This document shows positions 21,641-35,631 of a stretch of DNA of 64,000 bases, piece after piece (the stretch's first letter is position 1; every line of letters begins with the position of its first letter). Under the pieces are notes generated by a model. It saw only the letters and a list, made by a program, of their open reading frames with translations, did no database searches and was not told where the DNA came from. Both the position numbers and the translations under genes were made by a program. Origin of the DNA: Monodelphis domestica (Eukaryota); the NCBI RefSeq assembly GCF_027887165.1, contig NC_077233.1:136113080-136177079 (forward strand), in the 5' to 3' direction.

Positions 21641-24600
21641 AAAGAATTTAGCATAATCTCTTAATTTCACTTCTATTGAAAGCATGCTTTTTCCCTGAGC
21701 AGGCCAGTAAAATGTATTTCATTTTATTAAAGTTGACACACAGAGAGGGTGCATCTTGCTAAGATTCCTTATCTTGGTGTAAGGGGGCAGACTATCAATT
21801 GAGTTAGTCAGTCAAATCATCCACTCCATCTACAATAAGTGCCCACATTTATCAGAAGTGAATACCTAATAAATTAGCCATTGGTCAAGGACTCAACACC
21901 TCCCTAGTAGTATTCATATTGCCTAAAAGACTTGGTCACTCTCCTTTGTAACTTATTTATTTTTAATGTACACTCTCCAAAACATAAGGTTATAATGTGA
22001 GAACGAAAGTGGGATGTTGAGATTTAGTGTCCTGGGGAGCAGCTTCTAATTACAAAATGGGAACTTTAAGTTATTCCATTTTTTCCCAGATAGAAACAAT
22101 TTGCCTTTCTTTAAGTAATTTAGTGCTCCCCAATTTACAATTCCCTGGGGTTTACCATGCTGGTGCCAAATTAATCTTAACCCATTGCAGTTCAAAACCA
22201 GAGAGTTCAAGCAATCCATAAGTCTCAGCTACCATGGGAGCAAGTATTCTGTGCCACACCTGGCCACTAATTTTAGTTTGATCTTGATAAATGGTTTTAT
22301 ATTATTACTAAGATTGTTGTTTGTCCTTTTTGAAGAAGACCAATGACATTATAATGATGTCTTGACTTTCAAGTGAATTGAATTTAAGTGACACAGAGTG
22401 GCACAAAGTTGTCATTTTATTCTCTTCTAGTTATTAAAGTCCAGTGGTAAGACAAATCATTGGTGATAGCCCAGGATGTTATGAAGAACTCTGATCTTTG
22501 TCTTTGAGGTCTGAGAAATCTCTAAACATTCTATCATGCTTCAGCTGCCTTCATGGCTATTGGAACAAATTTTTCTCATCTGCTCATTCCACTGGGGGAC
22601 ATCTTAACATGCTTAGAGTAGACATCTCCCTAACTCATCAAAGAGTTTGAGGCATGTCAGTTACCCAAAATCTGATTTATTCAGTGTGCCAAAATGGTTT
22701 TACCAAGATATGATCAATGTTCATGCTATATAGCTTCTTGGAGCCACAGATGTGACTTGGGTGACAAATGGATACCAAAAGTAAATGAGCAGACCTGAAA
22801 AGGGCTCAGCAAGTCCTTACAAGAGAGGTGGTAGGCTTCCCTAATCACTCTGTACATGCTATTACTATAATAATGCTTCAAGGATTCACCTGATTTTTTA
22901 TGTTTAGATATTCCTATATGAGGTAAGACACAACCCCTAGAAAGATCATGTGCATGAATTGCTGAAGCAGAAAAAAATTACATCTCCTAGTGGCTCACTC
23001 CTCTGGTAATAAGCCACTTTGAAATTAGCTAGATTGGGTCATAGACAATATACACACAGTCTATCAGTCACTAAGATCATTCTTGAAAGTTTTCCAGCTT
23101 GGCTGGACCAGCCAGAGTTTGTGCATCACTGGTTTGCTAAAGAGATTCCAAGTGAATTAGTTTCACTAAAGGAATCCCACCCTAGGGTCCAATTAAATCA
23201 GATCCATTCACTGAAGCAATTGGATGAGAACTATTTTTGAATCCTAGCAATTTTAAAATGAAGTTAGTTTCTCCTAATCAATTCAAGGCCTACATTTGGC
23301 AACCACATTGGGTCTATGCAAATGAATGATTTTCTAGTCTATCTACATACACACTAAGGAGGGCAAAAAGAAAAACTCACCCACAAGTCTCCACATGAGA
23401 TTTATTCAAATATATTCTGTGCAGGTAATCAAGGTTTCAGAAAGACTAGAGAAAAGAGGGGCTCTGTGGTCCCCTAACTCTATATGCAGAATAAGATGGC
23501 TTTCCAGCTTTCCCTTTTTGTATGAGATTTTCTATTTCTGATTAGTTTATCTGTCACCTTGTCTTCTATGTCTACACTTCGGGATCTTTGAGTATTATAA
23601 TGATGGAGGAGGCAAAGGAAGGAGAAAGGAAGTGAGGAGAGAAACTGACTCATTCCATGAGTCAGATTTGGGGCCCATTCTCATAGAATTTGAAGCCCAT
23701 TCTTTGTGGCCTTGGTTGGCCTTCTCTGAAATTTCCCCCACACAAGTAATTATGAGCTCATACAAAGAACAAAGGAGCCAAATTTTGTTCATGGCCTGAA
23801 TTTCTGATTAAATTCTTAATTCTATTCCAATCTCCAGACTCTAAAGCATAATGTAGGCCCAATAACAGCTCAACATTAACTCGGGGACTTTTATTCTGGA
23901 TTTCATGGACTAGGATGCTGTTCATCTGTGAAATGGGCTAGCAAGCATTTACCCTGGCCCAAAATAGCCCCTACCAAAGAAAGGTCACCTTCACTCACAG
24001 AATAAGGGTTCACCTCCATAGACTTTAAGTGAAGTTATAATAACAACAGCTTTCACTAAAAACATATAAAAGAAGGGTAGAGAAACCACTTTGTTACTGA
24101 ACAGAAAGTAGGACAAAAGTTCCTAGCTCTTCCCAGCTGTCAGTGTTCCTCCCTGGCAGTGATTTGCATAGATTATTGGTCACACTGGAGCAGGAAGGAG
24201 TTGAAAAAAATTTCACACCCTAAATCAGCTAATGAGTTGACTGCCAGGAGGGCCATGTGAAGTAGGAACATTTTAGGTAGAGGCAAAGGTGGGGGGTATG
24301 CTGGAACCAGCTTCAGGCAGCTCCTGAGAGCCATTGATTAAGTCTTCAGTGTTAGCTTTTACAGTTTAAAGTTTTGTTGATTATCTAGACTTGGAAAGTG
24401 TTGGAGAAAATGTTAATGATACAAATTAAACTTAAAAGGGATCCTGGGTACATACAATCCCTACCCCTCAGCTGTTTGTTACTTTATTTATTTTTATACT
24501 CTTGGGCAAAGGGATTAAAAAAACTAGATTTAATCTATGCCTAAAGTTTTCTGGTGGTTAGTGGTGGCTTTGGGGTTTAAATATCAAAATTATAAAATAA

Positions 24601-25059
24601 CCTCTGGGGTTACTTGCCAAAAGTGCTGAGATATCAACCTTACCCCTCCTCCCCCACATACACACCTTAGAGCAGTGATGGCAAACCTGTTAGAGGAGTG
24701 GATGAGAGATGTCCTCAGAGGAGCCTGAGAGGGAGAGGGGAGTAGCCAAGCCCTGTGTCCTTCTGGTTTTCTAGTAATGAACTCTGGCAAACTCTGTGCT
24801 GGAACAAAAGTGTGTATGTGCCCCCTTTGGCTCAAGTACCAGAGGTTCACCACCATGGCCTTAGAGGAATAGTAAAAGAAATAACTACAAGTTATCCAAC
24901 TAAAGGTTGGTTGTGGCCAGCTGAAGACCAATAGGCAGCAATACCAAACGGAAGAGCAACTGCAGTTCAATAACATTTTTCTACCAGCAAATGAGTGGAA
25001 GTGATAGAGATGCATAGTACAGTGGTACAGTCATAAGAGACTGAGTTGCCCTAGCTCCA

Positions 25060-25260
25060 TATAGTTACCAGGTTAGGTTGTGCAGGGGATACAGTGCTAT
25101 CCCTTTGAGTCAGGAGGACCTAAAATAAAACCCAGCCTCAGATACTTACTAGCTGTGCAACCCTGAGCAAGTCCTTTAACCCTGTTTACCTCAGTTTCCT
25201 CATCTATAAAATGAGCTAGAAAAGTAAATGTCAAACCACTCCAATATCTTTGTCAAGATA
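25060..25260 (+). repeat. MIR element
   Basis: ...ctagctgtgcaaccctgagcaagtcctttaaccctgtttacctcagtttcctcatctataaaatgagctag... Confidence 0.6.
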
Positions 25261-26481
25261 ATCCCAAATGGGGTTATAAATAATTGGACAACACTCAATG
25301 ACAAAATTAAGATTTACAGAGCACTTTACAAATGTTTTCTCATTTGATCCTCAACAAAACCCTGAGAGGTAGGTTCTATTATTAACTCCATTTTAAAGAC
25401 TGGGAAATGGAGACCTCCCTCTCTTGGAATAAGTCCCAGAAACCCAAATAGCAACTACAGGTGGGGGAGTGGGAGAGAAGCTTCATTGATGATATTGGAG
25501 AATGATCTATAAAGAGGGACCTAAAATCAGGAAACAGAAAATATGTTTGGAGGTATTTTGTTCTGAGCAGCTGTGCATATGTGCCACATAGCACAGAGGA
25601 AGCTATTCAAAGTACAATCACATTCTGGATACTACTTCACAATTTCTTCTGTTAATCAGAGAAAAATTTGATTCTTAGAGTAGCTGGGCTTTGAAGAAGT
25701 CAGAGAGAAATTTTTTGATAAGGGATGAGTGGAGGTTATAAGTAACTAATGCTTGCTGGAAGACCCCAGATTTGACGAAGGCTACATGTTGGCAGGATAA
25801 ACTCAAGCCAGGTTGGGCAACTGTAGAAAAACAAGGGAATGTCTTGTCTGTCATTGACAGAGGATGACATTTTCTATTGAATGATGGCATAAGTGCCTGA
25901 AGTTGCAGTCTGTTAACTGTTTCCTTTTTGCCCCATGAAAAGAGGCAAGCTAATAGCATCTTTATATCTCAGAACTCACCTCTTGTGTTAACCTTCGTCT
26001 CCCCCTGGTTTGTACAAGTTGCTACCTCAAAGCTTGATACCTTTGCAGAAGAAATAAGAGGACCTTTTGTTACATTGAGGCAGATGTCTGTAGTCCCTTT
26101 TAGCTCTAGCTAAAATAGGATTCTAAGATCCTCTGACAATGGTGGTGTGGGAAATTGCACTGGATTCAGAAGGCTTGAATCTTGGGTCTGCTTTTACCTT
26201 ATGTAAGATGGTATATTATAATAATCATCATCTGTGTAGGTGTCTTACCCACCTACCAGATTATAAGCAGAGCTATTGCTAACGATTTCTGTACCTGGAA
26301 CAATTAGCAACCGTGAAGTGAAGGGAAGCTTACCTAGGATCTAGCAGTTTGGGGAAGGAAATTAGCCTTGTGTGTCAACATCACTGGATTTCAGATAATA
26401 ATAAATTAAAACAAACAAAGAAAAGGTTCCAAAAAGAGAAGAAACACCATTTGGGTGAAACTGTAAAAGCCATTAAGGAAG

Positions 26482-26486
<5 letters not shown>

Positions 26487-26528
<42 letters not shown>
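26487..26528. repeat. (GT)n microsatellite, about 21 units
   Basis: Uninterrupted gtgtgt... run. Confidence 0.95.
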
Positions 26529-26531
<3 letters not shown>

Positions 26532-27194
26532 TTTAAGGTTTACAGAGCCATTTGATGGCACTTACCTTATTTGATCATCATAAGAACACTGTGAAATAGG
26601 TTAGTGCAAATATTTTTATCTCTGTTTTACAAAGAAGGAAACTGAGGATTGGAAACATTAAGTGGCATTCAAGATCACAAGTTCCTGTGGTAAAGTCTTA
26701 ATTCTCCTCACTCCAAGACCAGTGTTTTATTCACTGCATCAGGAAGATCCAAAAGGAGCTTGGTTCCCGGAGGACTGGTTGATGAAGGTTTCACTGTAAA
26801 GTTCTGGTCACCATCACCATAGCTACAGGCTGGCACTAGGGAAAGAGGGATGTCTGTTGGTCCACTCCTGCATCTCTTTTTCTGTGAAGTGGAATTTTGA
26901 CCTCATTCATAAAATAGAAAATGTGGCAGGGAGCTTGACAGATGCCATTCTGTGAAGCTCTAGGCTTCTACAACAGGACTTGGCTGTTTCAAGCAGGAAT
27001 AGCATTTAAAAATGCCTAGCATTATATATTATGAAGTTAGCATTCAGTGACATGGTTGTTTGTCTGTTAAGTCACAGAATGATGCTAGAATGTTTATTCC
27101 AACTCATTTCTTTCTCCCATTTTTGATTATATTGTTCTTTGTTCCCCCCTTCCATCTCTCCATCAAAATCCTATTCATCCTTCAAAACTCATAT

Positions 27195-27262
27195 GTGTGT
27201 GTGAATATACATACATACATATACATATACATATATATATATACATATATATATATATATGT
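27195..27262. repeat. (CATA/TA)n compound microsatellite
   Basis: atacatacatatacatatacatatatatatatacatatatatatatatat. Confidence 0.9.
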
Positions 27263-27540
27263 CTTTTGTTGTTACCAAGAGCTACCAAGCATTCTTGACT
27301 TCAGAGATTATGGTGGAGTTTACTACACACACATCATATATGTATATATAGTCACAAATTGATTCTGGGTGGGTCAAGGTGAGAGACAGCTTTGTGGAGA
27401 AGATGGCATTTAATATATATGTATGTGTAAACTCATACAAAGCAGATACAATGGCTTATATTTGTTTACATTTAATTTAAAGTTTACAGTCATTTGATGG
27501 TGATTGCCTTTTTTGATCATCACAAGAATGCTGTGAAATA

Positions 27541-27745
27541 GGTAGCACACGGGGCAAGTAGGTGGCTTAATGGATTGAGAACTAAACCTAAGGCCAGGAG
27601 GAAGTCCTGAGTTCAAATATGCCCTCAGATATTTCCTAGCTGTGTGACCTTGGGTAAATCACTTAATCCTGACTGCTGAACTGTGGATGCTCCTCTGTCT
27701 TAAAAATGATATTAAGGCAGAAGGTAAGGGTAAAAAAAAGAGAAA
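27541..27745 (+). mobile_element. MAR1-type SINE
   Basis: gggcaagtaggtggcttaatggattgagaac...agttcaaatatgccctcagatatttcctagctgtgtgaccttgggtaaatcacttaa... Confidence 0.75.
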
Positions 27746-27944
27746 TAGCTGGTGCAAGTATTTTTATCACTACAAAGGAACTGCTGAGGCTCACAGAGGT
27801 CAAGGGACTTATTCATGATGAAGATATAGGTAATCTTGAAGAAGACTTTAGTAGCTGGAGTATCCAAGCAAAGCCATGTGCAGAAGGGAGAACTGAAGTT
27901 GTATTTTTTTTAATTAATAGAATTTATTTATAAGTATTTCAGGA

Positions 27945-29430
27945 CTATTCTCCCCTCCCCGCATCATCTGGGAGACAGATATGTATATATAGATTATGTC
28001 TTTCATGTTCCCTTTTTTCAGTTCATTCTCTGGAGGTGACATTCACAAGTTATACTTCAAGTACTAAATCTGTAGCTATATATAATATATGTTCTCCTGG
28101 TTCTACTCGTTTCATTCTTCATTATTTCATGTAGTTCTTTCCAAGTTTTTTTGAAATTAATCTGTTTACCATTTCTTATAGCACAGTGATATTCCATCAT
28201 AATCATATACCACAATTTGTTTAGCCATTCCCGAGTTGATGGACATCCCCTTAATTAACAGTTCTTTTGTAAAAAGAGCTGCTATAAATATTTAGGAATG
28301 TAAAGGTTCCTTTTCCTCGGGTCTTTCTGGGAAACAGACACAAGCAATGGTATTGCAGGGTCTGAGAGTATATACAGTTTTATAACGCTTTGGGCATAAT
28401 TCCAAATTGCTCTCCAAAATGGTTGGATCAGTTCATGGTTTTACCCCCCCAATGGTGTGTTAGTGTCCTAAATAAGGACACTATATCCCCTCCAGCATTT
28501 GTCATTTAATTTAATTTATTTTGTCCTTTTGTCATTTTAGCCAATCTGATGGGAGTGAGGTAGTACCTCAGAATTGTTTTGTTTTGCATTTCTCTAATCA
28601 GTAGTGATTTAAAGCATTTTTTCCTATACCTATATATGAGTTTGATTTCTTCAACCAAAAACTGTTCAAATTTTTTACCTAGTCATCAACTGGAGGATGG
28701 CTCTTATTCTTATAAATTTGGCAAAGTCTATATATATTTCAGATGAGACCTCTCTCCATCTGAAAGATTATCTATGAAAAATTTCACACAATTTTCTGCT
28801 TTCCTTCTAATCTTGGCAACATTTGGTTTATTTATACAAAAACTTTTCAATTTAATGTACTCAAAATTAACCATTTTACACTTCATGTCTCCAAATCTTG
28901 TTGACTCACAAAATCCTTTCCTACCCATAAATCTAATAAATAATATCTATTTTGATCTTATCTTAGTGAATGGCATAAGATATTGTTCTAATCTAGTTTC
29001 TGCTAAACTACTTTCCAGTTGTCTCAGCAATTTTTACCAAATAGTAATTTCTTATCCCAAAAGCCTGGATCTATGCTTTTGTCAAATACAAGGTTACTAT
29101 AACCTTTTACTACTGTTTGTTGTATGTTCTTTTCTACTGATCTATCTATTTTTTAGCCAATACCAGATAGTTTTGATAATTATTGCTATATAATACAGTC
29201 TGAAATCTGGTACTGCTAAATCTCCTTCCTTTACATTTTTTCATGAATTCTTTCAATATTCTTGATTCTTTGTTCTTCCAAATGAATTTTGTTACTATTT
29301 TCTGGCTCACTAAAATAATTTTTTGGTAATTTCATTGGGATGGCATTGAATAACTATATTATTTTAGGTAGGATTTTAATTTTAATTATATTGGCTCTGA
29401 CCAAGCATGAACAATGAACATTTCTCAGTA
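27945..29430 (-). mobile_element. L1 ORF2 C-terminus plus 3'UTR fragment, reverse orientation
   Basis: The minus-strand ORF 28728-28928 (…NFEYIKLKSFCINKPNVAKIRRKAENC…) is homologous to L1 ORF2 (…NFDYIKLKRFCTNKTNVTKIRRVATNW… in the L1 at 41.2 kb). The 3' end sequence matches other L1 3' ends in the window. Confidence 0.65.
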
Positions 29431-29689
29431 TTTCCTACTTAAATAAGCCCTTCCTCCCCACCCACCCCAAGTGTACACAAATGTTATTTTAGTAAGATAT
29501 GATTTCATTGAGGGATAAAGGAGGAGATTCTACTCTACTTTGATGTAATGGCAGCAAAGGGCACCACTTTATAAAATCCAAACCTTAGTGAGGAATGTAG
29601 GACCAATTACCATGGTCCAAAAAGGGACTCCATAGAGGGAGTGGTTTAGAGCCATACTAAGAATAATAGGAGTGAAGAATATTTTTTTA

Positions 29690-29885
29690 AACCCTTACCT
29701 TCCATCTTAGAATCAATACTAAATATTGGTTCCAATACAGAAGAGTGGTAAGGGCTAGGCAATGGGGGACAAGTGACTTGCCTAGGGTTACATAGCTAGA
29801 AAGTATCTGAGGTCACATTTGAACCCAGGACCTCCCATTTCTGGGTATGGCTCCCAATCCACTAAGCCACCCACCTGCCCCCAGG
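29690..29885 (-). mobile_element. MAR1-type SINE (reverse)
   Basis: Reverse complement of the consensus: ...ggtaagggctaggcaatgggggacaagtgacttgcctagggttacatagctag...gaacccaggacctcc...ccactaagccacccacctgcccc. Confidence 0.75.
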
Positions 29886-30977
29886 AAATAAGAATCTTTG
29901 CTAATCTCTCTAGCCAAGGAAATATGGATTTGGGGGTTTGTGATACTAACCCTATGAAAGTCTGTAACTAGAAAGAGAGAAAGGAATAGAAAGTGTTACC
30001 CTTTATATATCTACCATGTTCAGTCATATATGACTAAAATCAATCAGAAAAATATCTGTGTATGCTTCAAGTGGTAGGGAGAGAATGGACTCTACATACT
30101 TTTTCATATCTCTTCCATCATGAAATCGGTGCATGCCGCAAGCTAGAGAGTGTTGGTGAGAGAGAGCCGAAATCTGTGTACCTCTAAAAAATCATTCCTG
30201 GATATGACCAACCTGCAACCCCTGACAACTATCCTACTTATGCACTGCTGGCAGGCTGTTCCCTGCTTCCCACCTAGCTATTCTAACTGTACTTCCAGCT
30301 CCTCTTAGGTGCCTAAGATCCTGAAAAGTGGAAGGTAAGACAGCCAATGGTGAACAGCTGGAAGCTGCTGTAGGAGAGAGGTCTACTTGAAGAGAGAGAA
30401 CATAACAACTGGTGTGATCTCAGAAGACCTTATGAAGGAAGTAGCACATTAACTGAGTCTCAATGAAAGCTATAGGTTTTGATGATATGTTCTATTCTGA
30501 AGCTCAGCTTAGGGAACTACAACCATGGAAAGATATGGAAACCATTAATTTTTTCATCATAGGAATGTAGATTTAGAGGTCAAAGGAATGCACCTTCAAG
30601 ATCATCTAGCTCAATACTCCCCATTTTACAGTTAAGGCCCAGAGCTGTAGTAAAGCAATTTTCATGACACCACAGAGATATTTAGTAGTAGAGTAAGGAT
30701 TTGAACTCTGATCCTCTAACTCCCAAGTTGAGCATTCTTTCAATGGCACCATGCTGTCTTCTTTGGCACTGTGCCTCTTCCCTTCCTTCCCAGTTACACA
30801 TATAAAATTGCTTATATTCTCTTTTCTCTTACTTGTAGTATTGTGCCTTCTCCCACAATAATTCAGATATGTGTCTTAAATCACTATCTAACTTTCAAAC
30901 TTTACAAGGAGATGGACTGAGTTTTTCTTTCAGCGTGCATTCATTCATTTGTTGATACATTTATTCATCATAGTTCT

Positions 30978-31273
30978 GTGTAATTAGAATTTGCTCCCCA
31001 GGATTCTCTTACCCAGCATCCCATTTGCATGCTCATGCTGAATGTGAACACTGTGTAGGGAGGATATATTTTGATGTAACCCTGCCCCTTGCTGTCTCTG
31101 CTCCTGGGAAGGTGGTTTTGGAGGTTGGGTGAGAGGCAGGCAGGAGAGTTTTACTCATGTGTTTTTACTTAGGCTTCAATACTTTTGTTCTTTTGTTTCT
31201 TCTACTTCAAGTGATTAATAATAAACCTTATAAAATATAATACTTGGAGTTATTGGACATTAATTTAAATTTT
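30978..31273 (+). mobile_element. 5' LTR of a degraded LTR retroelement (about 296 bp)
   Basis: About 90% identical by eye to the copy at 35327-35631. Begins TGTGTAATTAGAATTTGCTC and ends TAATTTAAATTTT. Confidence 0.65.
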
Positions 31274-34200
31274 ACATTTTTGGCTACCACTACGAAAGAA
31301 TAGAATCCTTGATCTTCTGTTTAAGAAAGATTTGGGGTAAAGATAGGGGGTAGATAATTTTGAAAAAAAAAACAACACGTTTCCCTTCTGCTGTGGTTTT
31401 TTCACCCTCTCCCTCCAGGGGACTCTCTCTTTGGTGGTGGGGACCTGCCCATAAGAGGAGCTGAGCCTGCAGCCCACCCGCTGCTCCTCTTAAACACACT
31501 AGCTGGGAGTCCTGCGGATGGTAAAGTATAAATTCCTGTTTCTCTTATATTGCTAACAGTTGAGTTAACACTGGCCCCCTGCCTCTCACAGCCTAAAACC
31601 CACAACCACATGAGTTTGGAACTACTGGTTTCTTGCCGGTTTGAGAATGGGACAGCTTTTAGGCATTTAGACCAGTGGTATAGCATGGATGTGCCTTGAA
31701 TAGAAGAGAAGAAGCTCCTTATATGCTGCCCACCCCAACCCCCTTCTAGCTTCCAAACTGATTTTTAAACTGACTCTGTAGTTGTTGTTTTTTTTTTCAT
31801 GCTCCTGGCTGAGAGGGTGGAAACTGAGGAGTTAGCCCACCGGTGGGGTCTCCCATGCCACCTCCTAGACCCTATAACCCAGCATATCAGGGGAACAGCT
31901 CATAGCTCAATGGATTAAAAGCCAGATTTTTGGAAATTAGGTCCTGGTTTCCTGACCCAAAACATCAGGTGTAGCCTGTATTCTATACTTAAATATCCTT
32001 TTGTTCACCCAGGTGTTTTTTGCCCCTGGGGGGAGGGGAAAGAAGAATACTCTTCCAAACCTCTTACCTTTACTCCTAGCCAATGCATATTAGGATAGTG
32101 CAACCTACAGACAGGAAGTAGAATTGCAAGCATGGCCCACACTATGAAAGAGCAGTGCATTACCACAGTATTAGGATGTCTTTTCTTACTACAGTTCCCG
32201 GGAGTACTTGTACTGATTGGACACCTTGAAATTTATCCATTCTGCCCCAAGAAAAAAACAATTGAATATATCTAGAGTAATTTCAAGATGCAGAAGGGAG
32301 ATTCTACTCAGTCTCTGCAACACATACAATATGGGGTTCGAAATCCCCTTCAGTATGGGAAACTCCAGAAATGTGACCAAAGGAATCTAGAGAGATGATA
32401 CTCAGGAGGGGAAGGAACCTCAATGTGTCTGGAGATGAATTTTAATATTTTTCAGACTCCATTGCCTTATTGATATTAACTATTTCAGTTTGTTCCTCTC
32501 CAAATAGTGAAGAAGTCTCTGTAATGCAGCTATCAGAATTGGGGAAAAAAAGACTCTTGGATTGATTGCTCACATGTAAAACCTTCTATTAAAACTGAGT
32601 GCCTGTACCCTGTCACGCTTTTTAAATTCACATATTAATCTAATCTAATATCTTCTGTTACACTATGTCATTTTCAGCTGCTCTGTTTTGGCCATTAGCT
32701 ATATGTGCTGTTACATTGTCTTCATTTGTATTGCTCTATGACTGGACTGGAGAAAATGCCATTTTAAAAGTCCATAAACAACTTGGACAAACCCTTTTCT
32801 GTGGCAAAAGCAAAGGTCCTTATGGATGCTGGGTTTGTCACCAGATCCATAGAGGTCACATTTTGCCTTAATGGCCTTTTGTTCTTTTTGCCTTTGTTAA
32901 TTGTCATATAGATGATGATGGATGGACTCCATCAAGCTGGTTACAACCTGAATATAACCTTTGGAGAATTTAATGAACTACAAATCTCAATTGATTTTTA
33001 GGGGTCTTCAGAAGTGATTTTTCAGGATATCTAGGAGCACCACTACCTCTGACTGATCATTTGCTTACTTTTGAGTTATTTGTAACAAGAGGTAAGGGTC
33101 CATTTAGTAGTTGAAGTAAAGTGCAATAGCACTATTGTATTCCCCATTTCCACATTTATAAAAATATAACGGATGAGACATCAGAAGTGATTTTTACTAT
33201 TGTATTCCTTGCCTCCACATTGCAATGGATGGAAAATATGAATACGTGCCTTTTGCAGCTCTCAGTTACAGTCTCATACCAGAGGAGGGAGATTTCCCAA
33301 GGGGTTTGGTTACCCTGTGATGGATTATAATCTTATCCTGGAAGTGGGAAGGATTTCCCAGGGGGTTTGGTAACTCCTGGATGACTCCCAAGAGGGAGCA
33401 TTTCCCATGGAGCCTAGTGACTTCTGGATGATTTTTATATTTGTAACTCTTCATGTTACTCTATCCTTCCACCAGAATGGTTTAGATTCTTGGTGACATT
33501 TTAGACCAAAAAGATTTTTATTAGCAGTACAGAGGTTTTTTTTTTGTTTTTTTGGTGGTTCTCCTGCCACATTTTAGAATGATGGCAGTAATGGACTTTT
33601 TCAGAAATATTTTTGCCAAGGTTGAAAGGTTGGCTAGATCTGGAGAACTTGTGACAAGTAACCATGAGCTTCATAGGTTTTTAAAAATGTCATACAGCAA
33701 ATGGCTATAAACTCATGTGAATCCTAATGATAGCACATTTGTTTGCTATTGTCATTAAATGAGTTCTTGTGATTTGGGGCATTTTGGTACTTCCTTGAAT
33801 ATGCATTAGCTGCTGTACTACTGTTTTAAAAAGTTGTTTCTTGATGGCAATCTTGTGCCCTCATACTGTGAATCATAGCCAAGTTAAAAAGGAAATGGAT
33901 CTCATTTTGGGTTGAGAAACCTTTGTATTGTGCCTCTGCCTGGCTGACACTTTTTCATAGAATGTAAACTATATATTTTTGATTAAAAAATTGTTTTTTC
34001 TTCTTTGTGCAATAGAGTATTTGAGTTTTCTTTTTTCTCTCATTTTTTTGTACTTGAAGCACATGTTACCAGAATTAATATGTTTTTTTTTGATTTTGCA
34101 CTAGGATAAGTTTAAAATGTCCATTAACCCTAATGTCAACGCATACCCAAAAGCTTTAGACTACAGAAACTTGCCATTGATTGTTAAATATTATGGGACT

Positions 34201-35326
34201 TTGATTAATGATTGTATCTGATTCCAGGAGAAGGGATCAGAAAAGAGTCATTATACAGTGCCAAGAAGCACAAGGTCAAGGAGACCAACTAATCCCGATG
34301 GGACTGATGAAGATCTGCGCTAAGATAGAGGACTTGTTTTGGGGTTTGAGGAAGCAGCTCTTTGACAACATCAGACACAGGATTTCCCTGTGCCAGATCC
34401 AGATTTCTATCAATACCTCATGTGGCTGCCATTTTGGCTCCCCTATACTTATGAAGGAAGGTAAAATCAGACAAGGGAAGGTTATTTCCCTTTTGCTTCA
34501 AAATCTAGTTCTTTTTTTCTCTCTTTCATAGTATGGCAATTTTCTGTGGTCCTGGCTGCTGATTAGGTAAATGTATAATTGCTACTATAGGCTTGTGGGA
34601 CATAAATCACTTTAATTGGGCCCTGGTTAAAGGACCATTTATAGCCTTATTTTGCCTTACTTTAGAATTTTTACATATGAAACTTTGATATTTTATATTT
34701 CATCCAAAAGTTACTTTTTCTCTTTTATTTAGTTTTATGTTTTTGATTTTTTTTACAATTGATTCATATATTTCATAACTCAGCCATATATCCCAGGATG
34801 ATCCAGGTATTTGTCCATCCTCCTTAGGGGGATTGTATTATTGTCATAAAATTCTAGATGAATAAAAATTTTTCTTGTTTGAGAGTAATTTTAGGATAAG
34901 AAACTTGCTATCTTAACGAATCAAGAAAGTGAACTGGTTAGAGAAGGCATCATAAAGAAGCCTGTAGAAACCACACTCTGCACCAAAAGATCCAGAATTA
35001 ACTTTTGGATGTAGTGAATTGAACTATGTGGGGGTTGAATGCATTTATTTTGAATATACACTCTAATGCTAAAGAGGATTGCTCTCTAATTGGCTTTTTA
35101 TCACTGCACCTAGCAATTATTGGTTTTGTTCTCTTTCTCTTTTATTTCCCTCTTATCCCCAAATTATTGTAATTTCCCCTTAGAAAGTGCAATATTGTAC
35201 ATACCTCTAGTTATACATCTTTAGAGATATAAGTTGGTTATGTGTAATGATTCATTGGAGAAACTAGGCATGCAAATCTGGGAGATTTCTATATGCTTGT
35301 TTACCAATGGAATCACAGGGAGGATT
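31274..35326 (+). mobile_element. Internal region of the LTR retroelement. No intact gag/pol/env; contains a SINE-like insert and a 48-bp x3 tandem repeat at about 33270-33430.
   Basis: Bounded by two same-orientation LTRs. Only short ORFs under 110 aa. Purine-rich tract cacagggaggat immediately 5' of the 3' LTR. Confidence 0.5.
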
Positions 35327-35631
35327 GTGTAATTAGAATTTGCTCACCAGGACTCTCTTAGCCAGCATCCCATTTGTGTGAGCATGCTCAATGCAAATAC
35401 TGTGTATATACATAGGGGAAGATATATTTTGATGTAACCCCGCCCCTTGCTTTCTCTGTTCCCAGGAAGGTAATTTTGGAGGTTGGTTGAGAGCCAGGTA
35501 GAAGGATTTTGCCCTCGTGTTTTTAATTAAGCTTTAATACTTTTGTTCTTTTGTTTCTTCTACTTCAAGTGATTAATAATAAACCTTATAAAATATAATA
35601 CTTGGAGTTATTGGATATTAATTTAAGTTTT
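35327..35631 (+). mobile_element. 3' LTR of the same element
   Basis: Collinear with the 5' LTR. Flanked by ATAGTT (35632-35637), matching ATAGTT at 30970-30975 immediately 5' of the 5' LTR; this is a candidate 6-bp target-site duplication. Confidence 0.65.

Noticed and set aside
24590-25015. 141-aa minus-strand ORF in the gene desert
   Set aside because: No resemblance to any protein family I recognise. It is Cys/Ser/Phe-rich, sits amid SINE/MIR fragments, and lacks plausible splice context or promoter.
28774-29193. 139-aa plus-strand ORF
   Set aside because: It lies antisense within a reverse-oriented L1 ORF2 fragment, an AT-rich open frame by chance.
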